From Callorhinchus milii (taxonomy: Eukaryota), in assembly GCF_018977255.1 (NCBI RefSeq), contig NW_024704761.1, positions 1,674,001 through 1,738,000 of the forward strand: a DNA stretch of 64,000 bases. The letters run 5' to 3'. Within the stretch, counting starts at the first letter, position 1, and the number at the start of each line of letters is the position of its first letter. The notes beneath the pieces were generated by a model, which worked only from the letters and a program-made list of their open reading frames with translations, was not told the origin of the DNA and searched no databases. Shown here piece by piece: positions 62,101 through 64,000 of this stretch. A program made the translations under genes and the position numbers.

Positions 62101-63269
62101 CCTCCCCTCCGCGCCCCTCCCCTCCTCCCTCCGCGCCCCTCCCCTCCTCCCTCCGCGCCCTCCCCTCCTCCCTCCGCGCCCCTCCCCTCCTCCCTCCGCG
62201 CCCCTCCCTCCTCCCTCCGCGCCCCTCCCCTCCTCCCTCCGCGCCCCTCCCCTCCTCCCTCCGCGCCCTCTCCTCCTCCCTCCGCGCCCCTCTCCTCCTC
62301 CCTCCGCGCCCCTCTCCTCCTCCCTCCGCGCCCCTCTCCTCCTCCCTCCGCGCCCCTCTCCTCCTCCCTCCGCACCCCTCTCCTCCTCCCTCCGCACCCC
62401 TCTCCTCCTCCCTCCGCCCCCTCTCCTCCCTCCACACCCCTCTCCTCCTCCCTCCACACCCCTCTCCTCCTCCCTCCACACCCCTCTCCTCCCTCCACAC
62501 CCCTCTCCTCCTCCCTCCGCACCCCTCTCCTCCTCCCTCCGCACCCCTCTCCTCCTCCCTCCACATCCCTCTCCTCCCTCCACACCCCTCTCCTCCTCCC
62601 TCCACACCCCTCTCCTCCTCCCTCCACACCCCTCTCCTCCTCCCTCCACATCCCTCTCCTCCCTCCACACCCCTCTCCTCCCTCCACACCCCTCTCCTCC
62701 TCCCTCCACACCCCTCTCCTCCTCCCTCCACATCCCTCTCCTCCCTCCACACCCCTCTCCTCCCTCCGCGCCCCTCCCCTCCTCACCCCCTCCAAAACCT
62801 ACAACAATATAAGAAGTCCCACAAACAGCCATTGAAGTGAATGACATCGGGGGCCGCTGTGGGCAAACCGGGGGGCGGGGGGGGGGGGGGGGGGGGGGGC
62901 GGGGGGAGGGGAGAGGGGGTGCGTTCACCCGCAAAAACAGAACCCCCCTCCCGATTGGGGCGTGAACCCCCCAACCCGCCCCCGCGGGGGGGGGTGAGGC
63001 TCCCCCCCAGGGAGAGGAGAGAGCAGCCTGGCTCCCGGCTCCCGGGGCCCGGGGTCGAGTCAAGAGGCTGCGGTTTGCGGGTGGAAGCCCCGCACCGAGA
63101 GCCGTGGGGCCCACAGGCTGCCGGTGACGTTGCCGCTTTAAGTCGGTGCCCCCCCTCTGTCTGTTACCGGCGGCTCCCGGGGCCCCGCCCCCTCCCCCCC
63201 GTGTCGGTACCTGAGAACACGGCTGCGGTCTGACTCCCCGCAATCGCTCGGCTCCTCGGCCGCCGCCAT
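55972..63269 (-). CDS. TSEN54: tRNA-splicing endonuclease subunit Sen54, complete 11-exon CDS (1635 nt, 544 aa)
   Basis: join(63269-63211,61639-61475,60630-60567,60294-60211,60055-59957,59499-59447,58892-58785,58173-57500,57020-56960,56717-56601,56122-55972). All introns are GT-AG and phases are consistent. Peptides [56 protein letters not shown] and [12 protein letters not shown] match vertebrate TSEN54 as I recall it. Confidence 0.96.
56601..56717 (-). CDS. TSEN54: TSEN54 exon 10 ([38 protein letters not shown])
   Basis: Acceptor gtgcag, donor AG|gtacgg, 117 nt. Confidence 0.95.
56960..57020 (-). CDS. TSEN54: TSEN54 exon 9 ([19 protein letters not shown])
   Basis: Acceptor cattacaaag, donor TG|gtaag, 61 nt. 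Confidence 0.9.
57105..57252 (+). mobile_element. CR1-type 3' fragment of a second family; minus-strand copies at about 39421-39560, 51001-51150 and 54590-54685
   Basis: Shared ..catgatcttatagaatgg..aggcttgaggggctgaatggcctcctcct terminus. Confidence 0.75.
57500..58173 (-). CDS. TSEN54: TSEN54 exon 8 (large exon; [42 protein letters not shown])
   Basis: 674-nt open frame (ORF 57492-58118 extended upstream); acceptor gttaaag, donor G|gtaggt. Confidence 0.92.
58785..58892 (-). CDS. TSEN54: TSEN54 exon 7 ([35 protein letters not shown]), with NLS-like RKRKR
   Basis: Acceptor ctttcag, donor AG|gtactc, 108 nt. Confidence 0.9.
59447..59499 (-). CDS. TSEN54: TSEN54 exon 6 ([17 protein letters not shown])
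   Basis: Acceptor gtttgttgaag, donor AG|gtaaag, 53 nt. Confidence 0.95.
59957..60055 (-). CDS. TSEN54: TSEN54 exon 5 ([33 protein letters not shown])
   Basis: Acceptor cctttcag, donor CAG|gtatga, 99 nt. Confidence 0.96.
60211..60294 (-). CDS. TSEN54: TSEN54 exon 4 ([28 protein letters not shown])
   Basis: Acceptor gctcag, donor TGT|gtgagt, 84 nt; Sen54 N-terminal motif. Confidence 0.96.
60567..60630 (-). CDS. TSEN54: TSEN54 exon 3 ([21 protein letters not shown])
   Basis: Acceptor ttttatccag, donor GCT|gtgagt, 64 nt. Confidence 0.93.
60880..61190 (-). mobile_element. L2-related 3' fragment with an internal duplication; relatives at about 35690-35870, 44600-44775 and 61320-61395
   Basis: [11 protein letters not shown] peptide; cagcgccttgggacgtcctcccgacgtgaaa and (gtt)n tail; atggtcagggtgaggggagggaagggaggg occurs twice. 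Confidence 0.7.
61475..61639 (-). CDS. TSEN54: TSEN54 exon 2 ([27 protein letters not shown]...EERVERL)
   Basis: Acceptor tgtgtgcag, donor CT|gtaag, 165 nt. Confidence 0.95.
61676..62790. repeat. C-rich minisatellite of about 1.1 kb (22-nt unit ccctctcctcctccctccgcgc plus 19-nt variants) in TSEN54 intron 1
   Basis: Read directly; it generates the long low-complexity ORFs. Confidence 0.95.
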
Positions 63270-63390
63270 CGTCCTCACCGCCGCCGCCGCCCTCCCGGTC
63301 CTAACGCCCGTCTCTGTCACGTGATGTCCTGTCCGTCCTGTCACGTGTCGTGTCAGAGGCTCCGCCCACCGCGTTGAAGGCAGATGTCCA
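62840..63390 (-). promoter_or_regulatory. TSEN54 CpG island / promoter with two GTCACGTG E-boxes (63316-63325, 63340-63349) and a GC box (63361-63370)
   Basis: High CpG density around exon 1; motifs read directly; truncated by the N gap. Confidence 0.7.
63211..63269 (-). CDS. TSEN54: TSEN54 coding exon 1 ([19 protein letters not shown])
   Basis: acgATGG Kozak in a CpG island; donor AG|gtaccg; phase 2 fits exon 2. Confidence 0.85.
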
Positions 63391-63909
63391 NNNNNNNNNN
63401 NNNNNNNNNNNNNNNNNNNNNNNNNNNNNNNNNNNNNNNNNNNNNNNNNNNNNNNNNNNNNNNNNNNNNNNNNNNNNNNNNNNNNNNNNNNNNNNNNNNN
63501 NNNNNNNNNNNNNNNNNNNNNNNNNNNNNNNNNNNNNNNNNNNNNNNNNNNNNNNNNNNNNNNNNNNNNNNNNNNNNNNNNNNNNNNNNNNNNNNNNNNN
63601 NNNNNNNNNNNNNNNNNNNNNNNNNNNNNNNNNNNNNNNNNNNNNNNNNNNNNNNNNNNNNNNNNNNNNNNNNNNNNNNNNNNNNNNNNNNNNNNNNNNN
63701 NNNNNNNNNNNNNNNNNNNNNNNNNNNNNNNNNNNNNNNNNNNNNNNNNNNNNNNNNNNNNNNNNNNNNNNNNNNNNNNNNNNNNNNNNNNNNNNNNNNN
63801 NNNNNNNNNNNNNNNNNNNNNNNNNNNNNNNNNNNNNNNNNNNNNNNNNNNNNNNNNNNNNNNNNNNNNNNNNNNNNNNNNNNNNNNNNNNNNNNNNNNN
63901 NNNNNNNNN
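63391..63909. other. Assembly gap (519 N)
   Basis: Run of N. Confidence 1.
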
Positions 63910-64000
63910 ATGATAATGCTGATGATGAGGAAACTCTGAGACTTGGGGCCACAGCTGCTGGAAGGCGTGACCTAGAGTCCTGAGTTCCTTCATGTCGGGA

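Noticed and set aside
61471-63243. Long ORFs of 359-590 aa on both strands
   Set aside because: Stop-free translations of the minisatellite; only the 61639-61475 part is a real exon.
63301-63993. ORFs spanning the N run
   Set aside because: Artefacts of the assembly gap.

Overview
Vertebrate genomic DNA, not prokaryotic. The dominant tRNA-headed SINE, together with the CR1 and L2 fragments, points to a cartilaginous fish, most likely the elephant shark Callorhinchus milii or a related chimaera (inference from recalled repeat sequences). Two spliced genes lie in tandem on the minus strand, and I reconstructed both by hand with GT-AG sites and consistent phases. TSEN54 is complete: 11 coding exons, 63269-55972, 544 aa. 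About 1 kb downstream of its poly(A) signal is SPATA20: 15 coding exons found, 54456-9036, 732 codons; the expected last exon was not found and probably lies left of base 1. The rest is SINE/LINE debris, micro- and minisatellites, CpG-island promoters, several homeobox-site-rich non-repeat blocks in the enlarged SPATA20 introns, and a 519-N gap. Nearly all ORFs in the supplied track are spurious. I found no convincing new multi-gene system. The best leads are an in-frame recursive 5' splice site at the start of TSEN54 exon 8, alternative SPATA20 starts around an intronic ZNF143-motif cluster, candidate conserved enhancers, an unexplained shared repeat, and two structured minisatellites.
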